A stretch of 64,000 bases of DNA from Vicugna vicugna (taxonomy: Eukaryota), in the NCBI GenBank assembly GCA_013265495.1, contig MU058540.1:2629696-2693695 (forward strand), written 5' to 3'. The notes below the pieces were generated by a model. That model ran no database searches. It had not been told where the DNA came from and was given only the letters and a program-made list of their open reading frames with translations. Shown here one piece after another: positions 12,701 to 26,375 of the stretch; the first letter of the stretch is position 1, and each line of letters opens with the position of its first letter. A program made the position numbers and the translations under genes.

Positions 12701-14032
12701 CCTGTTCCTTCAGCGTTATCATAAAACATAAAAGGATAAAGGCGCTGCTGCCTGACGGGCCTGTGAGGGAAGGAAATCGAGGGCTTGTGTCTGCACCACC
12801 TCTATGTGGGGTCCCCTTGTTTCTGTTTGGCGGTCGTTTAATGCACACTGGTGGCCGACCAGATGAAAATGCCAGGAGCAAGTGAGGTTTTACATATCTA
12901 GTAAAATGAGAGCTCTATAGACAAGAAAACAAACGTGTAGATTAGTTTGTTGGCGTTACTCTCCGACTCTAAGGTCTTAGCATTATTAATTCTTAACTCT
13001 GCTTCTGCTTTTAAGGTGAAACCGTTATTAGGAAAACTTTGGGGGTAAATGTGGCAACCGCCCACAGCGCACCTCAGTTTCGTGAGGAATCTGTGAGGAT
13101 TAAGCAGTATAGTGAGTGTGAAAACTCTGAAAAATGTTTACAGTCAAATACAAGTTATAGAATAGTGTACAACCTTGTTAATACACTAGAAAACCACTGA
13201 ATTGTGCGCTTTAAAATTTGAACTTCATGGTGTACGAATTACATCTCAAAAACCAAAATATATGTTCTAGAAGGTATTCATAGATGACAGTCTCAGGCTT
13301 TGAGAAATAATTGTTGACACCTGCCCAGATGAAAATCCAAAATTTTACTCTATTGAATTCTTTCTAGAAAATGGCGACTGTATTTGATACGGTGATAAGA
13401 GACTATAAGGATGCTTGAAATTTCCACATTCTCAGTGGCATGTAATTCTTTTAAAATTGGACAGTAGTTTGAGATTGGTTTTAATAATTCCTTTCAGGTT
13501 TCTAGCATATTTTTAATCTAAAAGTCTAAAACCCCATATATTTAACTACAGCACTCTTTAATGCTTTTCAAAACATAACTCTTTAGTTTTCCAACATTTT
13601 GGGACATTTAAGAATCATACATTTTTGCAAAACAAAATTTCAAATTTATCTTTCCCTCATGTTCTTTCCTATATCGATAAAATCAAGAGGAAACCTAAAC
13701 TGAATTTTCCCTACCATTACAATGCAGACATACTCAGGTCAGGTTTAAAGATAAATATTTATTAAAAGATAAATTTGATCTAGTTTAGTCTATTTGGGAT
13801 CATCTTAATTAGTTGTTACTTCAATGATTCAGGGCTAATAGAAACTAAGATTTCTACCATGAAGCAAGGTCAGTTTTAGATTTTTAACACATAAGAACTT
13901 TGATGAATAGATTTATCACTACTACTTAATGTTTAAATGCTCTATTTAATGCCTGATTTTATGTCCCCAATACTAAGAAAAATACATGGTAAATAGAATA
14001 TTTAACTTAGTTTAATGCAAATAATACCTTAC

Positions 14033-14204
14033 CTGGGTTCCTTGACATGGCTGAAACTGGCTGGGAGCTGACAAGTTGGGTCATGTAAGCCTTCTGAACA
14101 CTGTATTTCACCCACAGTGATTTGTAACAATTTGTTACTTTGGGAGAGGGATTCAGAAGTTCTTTGGGTTTACAAACAATAGCATCATGTTTTTTCTTCT
14201 TCAT
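14033..14204 (-). CDS. PXT1: PXT1 first coding exon (whole exon about 14033-14213)
   Basis: ATG at 14204. MKKKKHDAIVCKPKELLNPSPKVTNCYKSLWVKYSVQKAYMTQLVSSQPVSAMSRNP resembles the recalled human PXT1 N-terminus. Acceptor ccaacag| ends at 14214; donor CAG|gtaagg, phase 1. Confidence 0.92.
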
Positions 14205-14967
14205 GTTTTTTCCCTGTTGGAAAATATATATTCAGTGGATTTCCCCATTTCTCAGTATATATTTGGTATGTTAGATGAATACTGATGTTCTAACACTAGC
14301 AGCCTTTATTCCGTATATTAAAGGATTATGAATTTGGGTGAAAGATGGAACAGGGTAATCTCTAAGGTCTTTTTCAACTTAAGTAAACATCTTTCAATGT
14401 TGTTTGGTCTTTACATCTGCTACACCACCCCACATTGTTATCTCCAGCAGTTTTTCTTCATCTTTTTAATAGCCACATTCCATCAAGGGAGCAGTCTAAA
14501 TTAGTATTCATAGAAGAAGAGAGACAAATTAGTGTAGCCAAAAGAAAAACAGATTAAAAAAAAAGCCTAGACAGGTGAGGACAGTCGGAGATGGAATACA
14601 TTTTTTGTCCTACTTCAGGGTGTGTGTGTGGTGGTGGGGTTTTCCTCCTCAGAATGATTCTTGTATTCCCTCTTTAATTCTCTGTATGCATACAGTCCAT
14701 CTCTACAGACACTAGTGAAGGCTGTTCTGTGTCCACTCCCCACTTTTTTTCTAATATTGTAGCACCAATCCATAAGTCAAAGAATTGAAAATTTTCATTG
14801 TCCATTCATGCACTCATTTAATCCTCTTAAAGGTTGGCCACAAAGTTTGACTTGCTATTTTACCTTCTAAACCTAAGCAGTTACTAGAAAAGGAAGAAAT
14901 GGATAAGATAGGTCAGACCATAAAGCAACTAAAGAAGGTAACAGGGGAGGCCTCCAGGAGACTTAGG

Positions 14968-15281
14968 GCAGTACTATCCAATAAGAGTATGTAAACCACA
15001 TGCATAACGTTAAGTTTTCTAGTAGCTACATTTAAAAAGTGAAAAGGAATAGGTAAAATTAATTTTAATTATATATTTTATTTAACCAAATATACCCCAA
15101 AGTTATCATTTCAACAGGTAGTCAATATAAAAAATTATTAATGAAATATTTTACATTCTCATTAATCTAAATCTTCAAAATCTGGTATATATTTTACACT
15201 TACAATATTTCTCAATTCAGACTAGCCACATTTCAGATACTCAGTAGCAACATGTGGCTAGTGGCTACTACCCTGGACAGT
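14968..15281. mobile_element. MER33-like hAT-Charlie element
   Basis: cagtactatccaata...gctagtggctactaccctggacag. Confidence 0.8.
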
Positions 15282-16311
15282 AAACACAATAATGCTGTAT
15301 TGCAGCTTTAGAGGAAGAAGCAAGAATTAAAAAGAAATGACTTTGAGAGAAAGATAACAGGCAGCTATCTCAGCTATACAAACCAAGGTGGGGCAGGAGG
15401 GAGGGTAAGAATCATCAAGTAAAATTCAGACTCATTTTTCAAATGAACCATATTTTCCAGTGTAGAAGGCTGCTACAGTATTTTGATTATTGTAATTTGG
15501 GCCAGATTAGGGGAGAGGGAGATTTGGGGTGAAGGGTTGTAACTACCTGGGCATTTTTGGTGCCTTGGGCTGCCTGACATTTTAGCTATACTCATCAGGC
15601 AATCTTCTAACCTTAATTTGATTTCTCAAGTAAACTTTCCATTGGGAAAAGGACATCCCCTCCAGCTAATGTATTAGGGACAGATCAGCCCTGGAAAAAA
15701 TTATTAAATTACTAAAGGGGGAAAGTTGACAGTCAAGATGCTGCCAGCCTTACCTATCAGTTCATTGTGAATGTCCTCCAGTGACTTTCAAATCTTCGAA
15801 ACTCTGCTTACTTGGACAGACAATATTTATACACATAATCAAGGTCATCTTTTGGGACTTTTGGAGCCCAGGCCAAATACCACTTCCTGTCCCATCTTCC
15901 CACATATATGTCTGTCCAGCTAGGATCAGGTTACCATGAGCATTTTGGGCAAACTTGAAAGAAAATACATCACAATCATGGACTGGTCACTGATCTTTTG
16001 ACCTTAGATTCCTTCTTAACAAGTGAAAGACCTGGCACTGGTGATTTCTAAGGCCCCTTTCACGTTTGGCATTTCATGACTGAATCCCAAACAATGGAAT
16101 TTCTAAAAGGGAGACATGAAGCCCAAAGGGTGGATTTTCTCTCTAAGAAATCCTAGAATTTAAAAGCTGAAGTGGTTCCACAGAGTTCACCTAATGTGAC
16201 CTGCGATGATATTTTTACCTCTTTGAGCCCTGATTTCTGTATCTATAATATGGGACTAATAAGGCCTGTCTTGCCAGGCTGCTGGAAGAATTAGAACTGG
16301 TACCTGCCTCC

Positions 16312-16671
16312 TGTTAAAAAAGCAAGACAACACACCCCAAGTCACCAAATTGAGACTTAATTATAGTTTTGGTTCTCCCAGAAAGAGGACTTAAACCAGT
16401 CAATCAGAAATCACCTGATCAGCACTAGTTAAGGAATCTGCCTGATAGACTCTAGTCATCCCCTAAAGGAAAGTAACTGCAACAACCAACCCAATTTTTT
16501 TTTTGCCAGTGTAACTTCTTTGTTCTCACTCCCTTCTGTCTATAAAAGTCTTTCACTTTGCACAGCTCCTCAGACCTCCTTTCTATCTGCTAGATTGGAT
16601 GCTGCCCACTTCGAATCCATTTTTGCTGAAACTCTTAAAATGTTTAATATGCCTTAGTTTATCTTTTAGCA
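16312..16671 (+). mobile_element. Solo ERV1-like LTR inserted in a MIR
   Basis: TG...CA termini, internal TATAAAA, flanks ctcc/ctac. Confidence 0.7.
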
Positions 16672-17121
16672 CTACCATTTGGAAGGCAGTCAACAAATGG
16701 CAGCTATCATTGAGTCCATACTTTCTAATTTTTAGATGAAAATAAATGAGGCAGAAAGGTAATGGCTAACCAAAAGAACCAGATGCCAGATCTCCTTAAT
16801 GCCTGTTCAGCCTTCTCTCACCTGAGTCCTTCTCAAAGTCAATTACTAAGTATATGATTTCTACCCCAAGGCTGAACATCTACTAATTTTCAGCATTTTA
16901 TGGGCCTGCCTCCTTTTACAATAAATAAAAAACAAGAACAGCTGAAATTACAAGCTGAACTTATGGGTTAAGTGCTATACAGAGATGCAGAGCAAGAAGA
17001 GGAACTTCCTGAAATTTCTCTCTTCAACCTTGTTCATAGATTACTATCATGTGATTAAAAATCAAAAGGGGCTAAGGAAGGACTGAGTAATTCCTTATAA
17101 TTCCTTCCAGATCCAGCCTAG

Positions 17122-17134
17122 GAGAGAGAGAGAG

Positions 17135-17175
<41 letters not shown>
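17122..17175. repeat. Compound (GA)n(GT)n microsatellite
   Basis: Directly visible in the sequence. Confidence 0.97.
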
Positions 17176-17178
<3 letters not shown>

Positions 17179-19814
17179 GCAACCTTTTAAGAATTAGAAT
17201 CTATGAGGGCAGTTTACTTACTGTACCATTAAAAAAAAAAAGCACTAAGAAAAGAACATATTTGATGGAGAACTAAATATTCCCTTAAGAAAATATGTTA
17301 AATTCTCTTTAAAATAGTAACTATTATTATCAATGACTACAGATAAAAGGAGAAAATATTGAAAATATTATGTCACTGTAACATGTTTTTATTTTCATTC
17401 AAACTGCATCATAAATGTTAAGAAAACCAGTATATTTTGATATGCGGACAATTTCAGATGACATTAACAAGGGTAATTTTATCTCACAAGAAAGTCTTTA
17501 GGTATTCCTTTTAAAGAGAATATTGGTTTGGATGAAGTGCGTGTATAACATTAATACTAATAACACCTTAAAATTTTCTAGTGCTTTGAGGTTATAAAAT
17601 ACTTTTGCATATATTTTGATAATGTTTTCTTCCAACAACCTCATGGCATAGGTAAGTCAGTTATCATGACTTACAAACCCAAGCTTCGGGGTGACTTGCT
17701 CAGTTGGTAACTGGTGGAATGGCCTCAAACCAAGGTCATCTGGCTCTTTTTCCAGTTTTTTTTTCCACCACATCATACTGCCTTATGAATCTGATGTCAC
17801 TTTATGTTTTTATACTTCCTTCATGTACTTTGTACGTTCACAAACACTGACTTATTTCCAAGTAGACATCACAGCTCCAAATAAGCAAGGAGAACACTTT
17901 GTTTAGGCTCCTTGTTGACAAGCAGAAGAAACCTTTCTGAATTTGCCTAGTTTTCATTATTTATCTTATTTATCTGCTTGTTTTTCATTGTCAAGGTTCT
18001 CAGAGAGCGGAGATAAGGGGCCAGGACGCAGGCTTTGGTAAACAGATTTTGTAGGTTTTTTCAGTTATTGAAAGTTTGGGGAAAGGAGGAGATGTGATTT
18101 GGGCAAAGTGAAAGAACCTCATGGTTTTCTGTGGTAACTCAGTGGGTGATTGGAATCTATTTTGTGAATGTCACTGGTTCAAATTCTAGTTTGAAGAATG
18201 TGTATTTGGGGGCTTGTCTATTTGTTTTCTTTTTCAAATGCAATTTATTTAAAACCCATATAAGGTTTAAAAAAAAAACTTCCAATATTCTCAGTATTGG
18301 GTTCAAGAATGAGACTTGTGTGCTGGTAAACAGAGGCAATGTGAGCAGTCAGAGCTGGTGGTGGGGTTGGAAGGTCAGTGTCTGTCAACTGGTAGCAGGA
18401 GTAATGAGAGAGAAACATATTAGCAGTTTACACACAGCTTCTGCTGTAGCCCAGGGTAATGTTCTTCTATATTTTTTGACTCCTCCATTCTGACTGCACA
18501 AGACTTCTATTTTACAGAGGTTTATTTGATTCTTGAATCTCAAGCTAAATAGTTTATTCTTCGTACTTTTAAAAAGTCACAGAATTCTGAGATGAGTTGC
18601 CCTGGCACATGAGGGGAAAAGGGAGGGAGTTACTGCCCTCAAGAAAATTTCAGTGGGAAATGTTAATGGATTACTTTCCTGACCATTATTGAAATTTAAC
18701 GATTAAGCTTCAAAAAATTTTTCTGGTCTCCTTATCTTTCATCATTCCACTTTACTCCTTTTCTCTAACACTCAGAATATACTCTACTTACCTAGTTGAC
18801 ATTAACTTCTAAAAAAAGAATATCTAAATAAAATCCCGAAATTATATTACAAAGTGGAATATCTTTCAGAAGTATTTTTAAGGCATTTATTTTTCCATTT
18901 AATTTAACCTTAATATTGCCCCAGGGAACCAAGTGAATTTCAAATAGCTCATTGTGGAGAAGATATGTTTCAGCTCTTGGGTAGGACTGGCTTCTAGCTC
19001 CAAACTTTATCTTTAAAATTTTTTTTATCGTAAAATAAAACATGGAACCAGAAGACAACATAAAGAAAATGTTTGCCTTAATCAGTTATTCTAAGGCAAG
19101 CACCCTTGTAATCACCACTAGGTCAAGAAACAGAACTTAGCTACCTACCCTTGGAAGCTCCTTCCATGTGACCCTTCCCAACCACAACTGTTTAGCACCA
19201 CCACCACCACCTAATAAGTCACTTGTACAGTAAGTACTTTCACTTCCTTTTTGCTTTAATAGTTTTACCCGCCAAATGTTCTCCCCTAGACAGTATATTC
19301 TTCCCACACACACATATTTTTAAAAATTGAGATATCTTTTAAGTCTTTTTTTTTTTAACTTTACAATTTATCTCTTGAAGGACAGAGGCCTTTTGACCTG
19401 TAGAGTCTCCCTTAGTCAGGACGTTGCAGATTGCATGAACATGGTGCTCTGTTCCCTGTGTTTCCTACAAACTGGCATCTGGATCTCAAGTCTAGATCAG
19501 ATTTAGAGTCTATCCCTTAGCAGCATTTTAGGTGATGGTGTGGTCTTCCCTCAGGAGGCACACGCTGTTTAGTTCTCTTTTTATGATCTCAGGAACTATT
19601 GGTGCATAGTACCTATATCTATTAATTCACAGGGGGTTGCAAAATTGGGATAGTCTATCATTCTTTTTTACTTAGAAGCAGAATATTTTGATGTATATTC
19701 ACTTCCCTTTATCTCCTGTTTGGCTACCCAAATAACCAAACTTAATTTTTTAAAGTTCCTTTAAAGGAGAGGTCCTGTAATCATCACCTGCCTAATTCCC
19801 TTGGGGTCCTATAC

Positions 19815-20032
19815 CTTTGGACTGTGGCTTCATGTTCATTGAACTTGCAGATGAAACATCTCCACATGGAACTAAAGGACATACTGTAGTTGAATGTAAA
19901 GCAGACGTATATCAATAAAGATTTAGCAGCAGATTCCAGCCACTAGAAGTTTAAAATTCTTGCTTCTCTGGTCGATTATGTATTCAAGGTCCAGTCTTTA
20001 TTTCCTGCTGGTCATAAGCCTCTGTGACTTTC
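19815..20032 (-). other. PXT1: Candidate PXT1 5'UTR exon (alternative acceptor would start it at 19883)
   Basis: Apparently non-repetitive segment with acceptor ttcattaacaatctcttcag| and donor AAG|gtatag; stops in all three frames. Supported by splice signals only. Confidence 0.35.
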
Positions 20033-20693
20033 CTGAAGAGATTGTTAATGAAGGTGAATTGTCGGAAGTGAAGTAAAAAAAGATTCTTCTGAATCTATTT
20101 TGGGTCAGTACGCAGGGTTCTGACCCCCTCTAGAAAGTCAGAAATTAATTATTTACATCTATATTTGAGCACAATTTTGGACTTCCAAATAAAAGTGATT
20201 ATTCTTTCAAAAATTCCCATTTGATATGCCTGCAGTGATCTAGAGATCATACAATCTAAAGCACTTAGTGTAAAAAATTGTTTTTGCAAATTAATTATTT
20301 TGAGAAAGTTCAAAAATCTTGGGATTTGGAGGTTCTTTTTGTATTTACTACATACGATATAGTATGTAGAAAGGATAATTCATTTTTTATATGATAACTG
20401 ATAATAGCTATTTTAAAATATTTTCATTCTAAGATAGAGTCAACCTTAAGTTATTTGGTTGGTGTTAACAGCTGAAGACATCTAAAGTGCCTCCTAGAAG
20501 TGCTTGGGAGTTCACGTGGAAGCAGTTAGGTGGAATTGCCATCACTCAAGGAATGTCGAACAAGAACATTACGATTAGATCATCTGAGTTCTCAGCCCAC
20601 CAGCACCACTTAGTAGTTTAATGACCTTAGGTACTGTATTTGTTTATGTCTTGTTTTCCTTGTCAATCTGAGTAACAAAATCTATCTCCCAGG

Positions 20694-21095
20694 TGTCAAC
20701 CAAAAAATAATGCAGGAGGCTGCAAATAAGAAAAGAGTTTATTTGGGGTCTTAAGAATTGCAATTTGGGAGACTCAGGTTTGGGTAACCCCGAAGGAGTG
20801 TTCCTGGGAAGAAAAAGAGTAAGGGTCTTATAAAGACAAAAAGCCATGAGGTTGTGAAAAAGTTGCCTGCCAAGAACTGTGATTGACTTTGACATGAGTC
20901 AGAAAATATTTGTCCTTAAGGAATGATGAGTTTGTTTTAGGGTAAGGGTCTAATAAGTAGAGACAATCAAGAGTTTCTGGCAGATGTTCTGAATGACTTC
21001 ACCAGGTCAAAAGGTCAGGTTCTATCCAGACTGAGCAGGCATCTAAACACTCCCTTAAGGGCCTCCTGGCACCATTTTAGAGAGCTCTCTTATCA
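20694..21095 (-). mobile_element. Solo ERV LTR
   Basis: On the - strand: TGATAAGAGAGC...GTTGACA, with a TATA-like element followed by AATAAA. Confidence 0.65.
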
Positions 21096-21989
21096 GTACC
21101 CACTCCATTTTGATTTTCCTTTCACACACAGCTGTTGAGCTCGAATCATGTAAAATATTGAGAAAACTGCTTTGTAATATTGACTGGTATAGATGTTATA
21201 CTTAAGGAGACTTAACACAATCAAATGAAATGCATTGCCTTTTGCATTGGCTATTATGACAACTGAAAATTCCAGGTGGGCCAGTTTGACACTAGGTTTC
21301 ATCATGCAGGTTTCAGCTGCAGATCCAAATACATCTGAGAGACTCAGATTTTGGAGATGCATTAAATTAGAAATAAAATGATAAAAAGCATATATCTGTG
21401 CTTTCTGTGACTATACATTTCTCATACTCCTTCCTGATGTCTACCCAAAAAAAAGTATCAGGTCTGATATGCTATTCATTATATGAAATTTTAGACAAAA
21501 ATAGAGCCTTTTAGTCTTAACTACTAATTAAAAGACACAGTAGTTAGCCTAATTCTCCAACCTTGGGGCCAGGTTTTTGTATTTTAGAAATCTGCAGAGA
21601 AAACCTTTCCAGAAAGGAAGAATTTGTTTCAACAATTGTCTTGCAGGAACATCAGAAATAGTAATTTTCTTCCAGTTAATTAAAAATTAGCAATTCAACC
21701 TTGCTATATAGTATGTAGTTTCACTAGACTCATGATTTAAGAAAAATGTGTGTTTTATTCCCCCATCCCCACCCCTTTCGGTCAGAATGCACATCCAGGA
21801 TAGGGGCTGCCAAGCAAAACGTGTTTAAGGTCCATTATTCTTAAGACCTTCTTCCCCCAAATGTATGGAAAGATCAGGGCTCCACAATTTTCTTAAAGCA
21901 TTAGCTGTCCCAGGGCTGCGCGAGCTTATTTCACAATTCAGATAACTACTAACTTTTCTGTCTTATACTTTTAATAATTGAAAGAGGGT

Positions 21990-22560
21990 ACCCGCAGCTC
22001 AGAAATCGACATATCCTGGCTGCGCAGGCGTGGAACTGTCCTCCTTCGGACCGTGGGGCGTGACAGGAAGGAAAGGGGACACCCGCAGCGTGAGGCCCAG
22101 GGGGCGGGCCCGAGCCCGGCCTTCCCAGCGTGCCCCGCGCGCCGAGGAGGACTCTTATTATGAAGCGCCGGATGACTCAAACGCGTGGCCGAGCGGGCCG
22201 GGGCCGGGGGGCGCGCGCGGCTCAGGCACCACCAGTCCCCGTGGGTGCTGCTCGCGGCGCGGTGTGCGCGCGCTTCCCGGGCAGATTCGGGCTCCGAGCG
22301 CGAGAGCCGGGCAGGGAGCGTCAGGTAAGTGGCGGCGCGGGACGAGTGCGACGCGGAGACCCACAGGGCGAGTGTGGCAGCGGGCCTGGCCCCTAAAGGT
22401 GCCTTTGTATCCAGGGGCAGGGGGCGGGTCTCAAGACGCTGCTCGGGCGGCCGCCCATCGGGTCGGACCTCCAGTTGAAAGGCCGCGGTGCTACAGTCAT
22501 CCCGAGGGAAAACATTGGTAGCTAGGTTCCCGGCGCCCGTTTTCGTGCCGAAGATAAAGC
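21990..22560. promoter_or_regulatory. CpG island, putative bidirectional KCTD20/PXT1 promoter
   Basis: Very GC- and CpG-rich, with GC boxes, NRF1-like TGCGCAGGCG (22021) and AP-1 TGACTCA (22173-22179). Lies between divergently oriented PXT1 and KCTD20. Confidence 0.9.
22200..22324 (+). other. KCTD20: KCTD20 non-coding exon 1 (TSS approximate)
   Basis: Consensus donor CAG|GTAAGT at 22324/22325 inside the CpG island. Confidence 0.75.
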
Positions 22561-25500
22561 CTGATAATCCCAGGAAGAAGGGGGATCGCCTTATGTGGAA
22601 ATGGTCAACACAGTCGTGGGGACAGCTCAAGTATAAACTTGACTGTTTTCTGCAGGCCTTTGGTGTTCTTATCCCAACAGAAGTGAGATGATGGCGTGCT
22701 TATTGATAAAACCTTTGCAGGCGCGTTTTTTTCTGGCAATTAATTGAATTCATTAAAAATTAAGTAGTTGGTCCGACTTCCTCCCAACCTCTGTCTGGAG
22801 CAGACAGTGCATTTTGCTCGCTCTTTGTACCCCTGCTTCAAAATCTTGCTTCTCTGCCACCCACAAATTAGTAGCTTTCATCAGTGCCTCTGACTGCAGA
22901 AGAGCTAGGGGAGCCTGAACCGGTAATTTTCTTTTAAATAAAACCTTACTTTTTATACCAAGACAGTTTCTTAAGATTTACAAAACTAGTTCTGCACTAT
23001 TTAAAAAAAAAACACTTCTATTTTGGAGTTGGTGATTCTTTTTGAAAATTCCTGGATTGAACTCGTTTACTTTTAAACAAGAAACCAGTGAACAAACTAA
23101 CAGGATAAGGCTGTAAGGAACTGTTTACGAAAATGCATTTTCCAGGCCCTTTAATTGTGCCCTTGGTAGCTGTTAAACAAGCTGCAGCTGTTACCTGAGA
23201 AATTTTGGGTTTTTTAATGGTCTCCAAAACAAAGCGTTGTAGTTACAGCAGTTGAATGTGATGAATTAAGTCAAAGATCTTCACCCTCAACTCCTCCTCA
23301 CCCTTACCCCCCCCCCAAATTCTGGGAGAGTAGTTCTCAAACATGCAAGTTGGCTCCTTAAAAATGCCAGTACCTTTTTTTTTTTTAAGAGATAGAGATG
23401 GACACATTGTAATTGACTGTATTTCAATTAAAAAATAAATAAAATTAAAAATGCCAGTACCACTCCCATAAATTTGATTCCAGAGATCAATGGTGGGTCC
23501 CTGACTGCATTTTAAGCAAGCATCCTCTCCCTTGGTCTGTCATTGTTGATGCAGGAACCACATTTTGAGAAACACCACCATAGAGCTGGCCTGAGAATTT
23601 TTAGAACTGCCTTTCTTATCCCATTGTTGATTTTACTCTCTTCTGCTTCCCAAACCAATCATAAGCCAAGAAGGTCTGACATCCCTGGAAGGAAATTTCA
23701 GGAAAGACAGTGTTTTTCTTGGACTCTGACAACAGAGTAGGAAATACTTTCATACATACTCTGATACTGCCTTAAAGATAGTCCATGCCTATCAATCTGT
23801 CCTTTTTACCTTCTGGGAGCTGCTTGCAGCATCATCAGCATGTAAATAATACAGTTAGGCCAAATCTACCCCCCCCCCCCAGCTAATTCAGTCTCCTCCT
23901 TACAACCAGGGCAGCCAATGCCATGTAATTCCCATATCCTTGAGCTCTCAGATTTACTGGTATGTAGCAGTACCGGTAGCATTTAGGAGGGCTCTCAGTC
24001 CATCTCAACATTAATTCAGTCATCAGATATCCCAGTAATGCCTATGGTGTGCAGAGCACTGTAGTAGGCCATTTTAGCAACAACATTGCACAGATGGCAC
24101 AGAGCTGGGTTACTCCCTCGAGGGCTGGATAACCTCTGCTGCCAAAAGCTTTTTCTGTTTCTTAGTGTATCTTTAAGCAGATGTGTAGGGATGAGATTAG
24201 AGATGGGTTGTGTATGTCTGACCTTTTTCTGTCTTTGGTTTCTTTTTCTTCTTTTTTTTAATGTCTGATTTCTTATTAATCTTTTTCTGTTGATTCACAA
24301 AATGTCACATCTTTCATTCTGTAGCCCTGGGCTTCCTAATTACTGTGTTATCTTCTGCTCCTGAATCTGAACATGCCTGCCCCTCCTTGGCTAACTTGGA
24401 GTAAAAAGTTTAGGGAAATTATTGGAATATTGAACGATTTCTAGTTGGAAGACCCAGAGTCATGGAAATAGGAGGCTTAGAGGTATAAGGGAACCTATTA
24501 CAAATTTATCTAGTGCAGTCCTCTCATCTTTCAGATCAGGAATCAGAGAACAGAGTAAGGACTCCTGGCTCCTAGCCCAGTGTTTTTCCCATTAAAATCA
24601 TCTCAAGAAAAATACTTCAAAAATGGAAGAGGTTTAGAGAAATTCAGTTGTAAGTAGATGAAGAAAATGGGGAGACTTTCACATGAGTACAAAAGCAGTA
24701 TTATCTGGAAAAAATAAAGACTGAAGGAGAATGTGATCTAACCACATAAATCATAAAGAGTGGGAATACTAAAGTAGGGAACTCTGAAGCTTGAAATAAG
24801 TGATAAAAGAACATGTAAGAGCAAACAGTTATCTTGTAATCCCAAGAGATGTTATGAACTCAGCTTTTTAAAAAAATTCAGTAAAGGTTCAGATAAGAAT
24901 ATTGGTGAATTTTTATTAAATACTAGATGTTTGAGCAATGTCCAGAATCTTTTGAAGTTGTCACATAACTGTACTACTGTCCTTACCAAAGTTATTAGGT
25001 ATATCTGTGGGAGACAGAATGTAAGACTGATCTACCTACTAAATCTGACTCAATATACTTCTTACGGGAATTGAGATTATTGGAACAGTATAGGCATTTC
25101 CGGAATAGGAGGAAGAAGTACAGATGAAAGAAGAGGACCTTTTGCTGTTTTTTGCTTAGAGTCCCCAAATTAGACATTGTTGGATTGTTCTTGTATATTC
25201 ATGAAAGTTGAATTAGAAATAGTAAGGACTTAATTAGTAGACATTGTTATGCATCAGACACTGTGCTAAATGTTTTTACATCTATTGTGTCATTTATTGT
25301 CTCCATTTTATAGCCAAGGAATCTAAGACACAAAGAGCGTAAGCTTGCCCAAAGTCATACACCTAGTAAGTGGCAGAGCAAGTGTTCAAACTTAAACTGA
25401 CTCCAAAGCCATTAGGATTTATGCTTAATAGTGCCTCATTATACGTCATTGGGTGGTGGTTAAGAATGTGGGCTTTGGAGCCAGTTTTTCCTGGGTTTGA

Positions 25501-26012
25501 ATCCCAGCTCCTGTGTCTCTGAAATAGAGATTGTAATGGTATCTCTACTTTAGAGGGTTATTAGGATTGAGTTAATTCATGTAACAATTTTTAGAAATGT
25601 TCCTGACCATTATAAGTTCTCAGGAGATGCTGGTGGTTAATTGTTTTTTAAAATATTTTCATTTAAGATACTGTTTTCTTTAGATTCAGATTGTCCTTTC
25701 CAGTGTTGAAATATTAAGGCTTTTATGATAAGTGTAGATATAAAGTAAACTTTATCTCTGTTCTTACTATAACACAGGAAGGGCCTTACTAAGGTTTTGA
25801 AAAACACTGGAATATAGTGGAAAGATCTGTGACACATTTTGGTTAAGATTATTAAAGAAAGTTCACCTTCCTTTGAATAAAACAGTTAACAATTTACATT
25901 TATATAAAGATCAGTCTATACCTTAAAACTATAAAAAAAATCCTTACACGTGTTTGCCATAAATCTCTTTTTGGTGGGACAGGGTGAAATTTAATTTTTG
26001 CAGTTGTATCTG

Positions 26013-26375
26013 TGTATTAGTTTGCTAGGACTGCCATAAAAAAGTATCACAAACTGTGTGACTCAAAACAACAGAAATTTTCCAATTCTGGAGGCTGGAA
26101 GTCCTCAAGTTCAAGGTTTTGTCAGGGTTGGTTTCTGAGGCCTCTCTCTTTTTATTGTAGTGGCTGCCTTCTGCCTGTGTCTTGACATGGTGGATCTTCC
26201 CTCCCTGCCTGTGTCCTGGTCTCCTCTACTTAAAAGGACACCAGCTGTATTGGATTAGGGGGCCCTAATCTTAATCACCTCTTTAAAGGCCCTGTTTTTA
26301 GTCACATTCTGAGGATTTAGGTTAACAGACTTCATGTGAATTTTGAGGGAACACAATTTAATTTACCTAATAACA
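26013..26375. mobile_element. MLT1-type (ERVL-MaLR) LTR
   Basis: tgtattagtttgctaggactgccata...ttctggaggctggaagtcc...taataaca. Confidence 0.85.

Noticed and set aside
12366..12885. ORFs of 63-163 aa over the intronic CpG island
   Set aside because: Same GC artefact; ORFs on both strands with no recognisable homology.
19815..20032. Possible N-terminal coding extension of PXT1
   Set aside because: All frames contain stops, including the frame joining the 14213 exon; at most a UTR exon.
21971..22630. Overlapping long ORFs (219 aa, 163 aa and others)
   Set aside because: Stop-poor GC-rich CpG island; Arg/Ala/Pro/Gly-biased translations in several frames.
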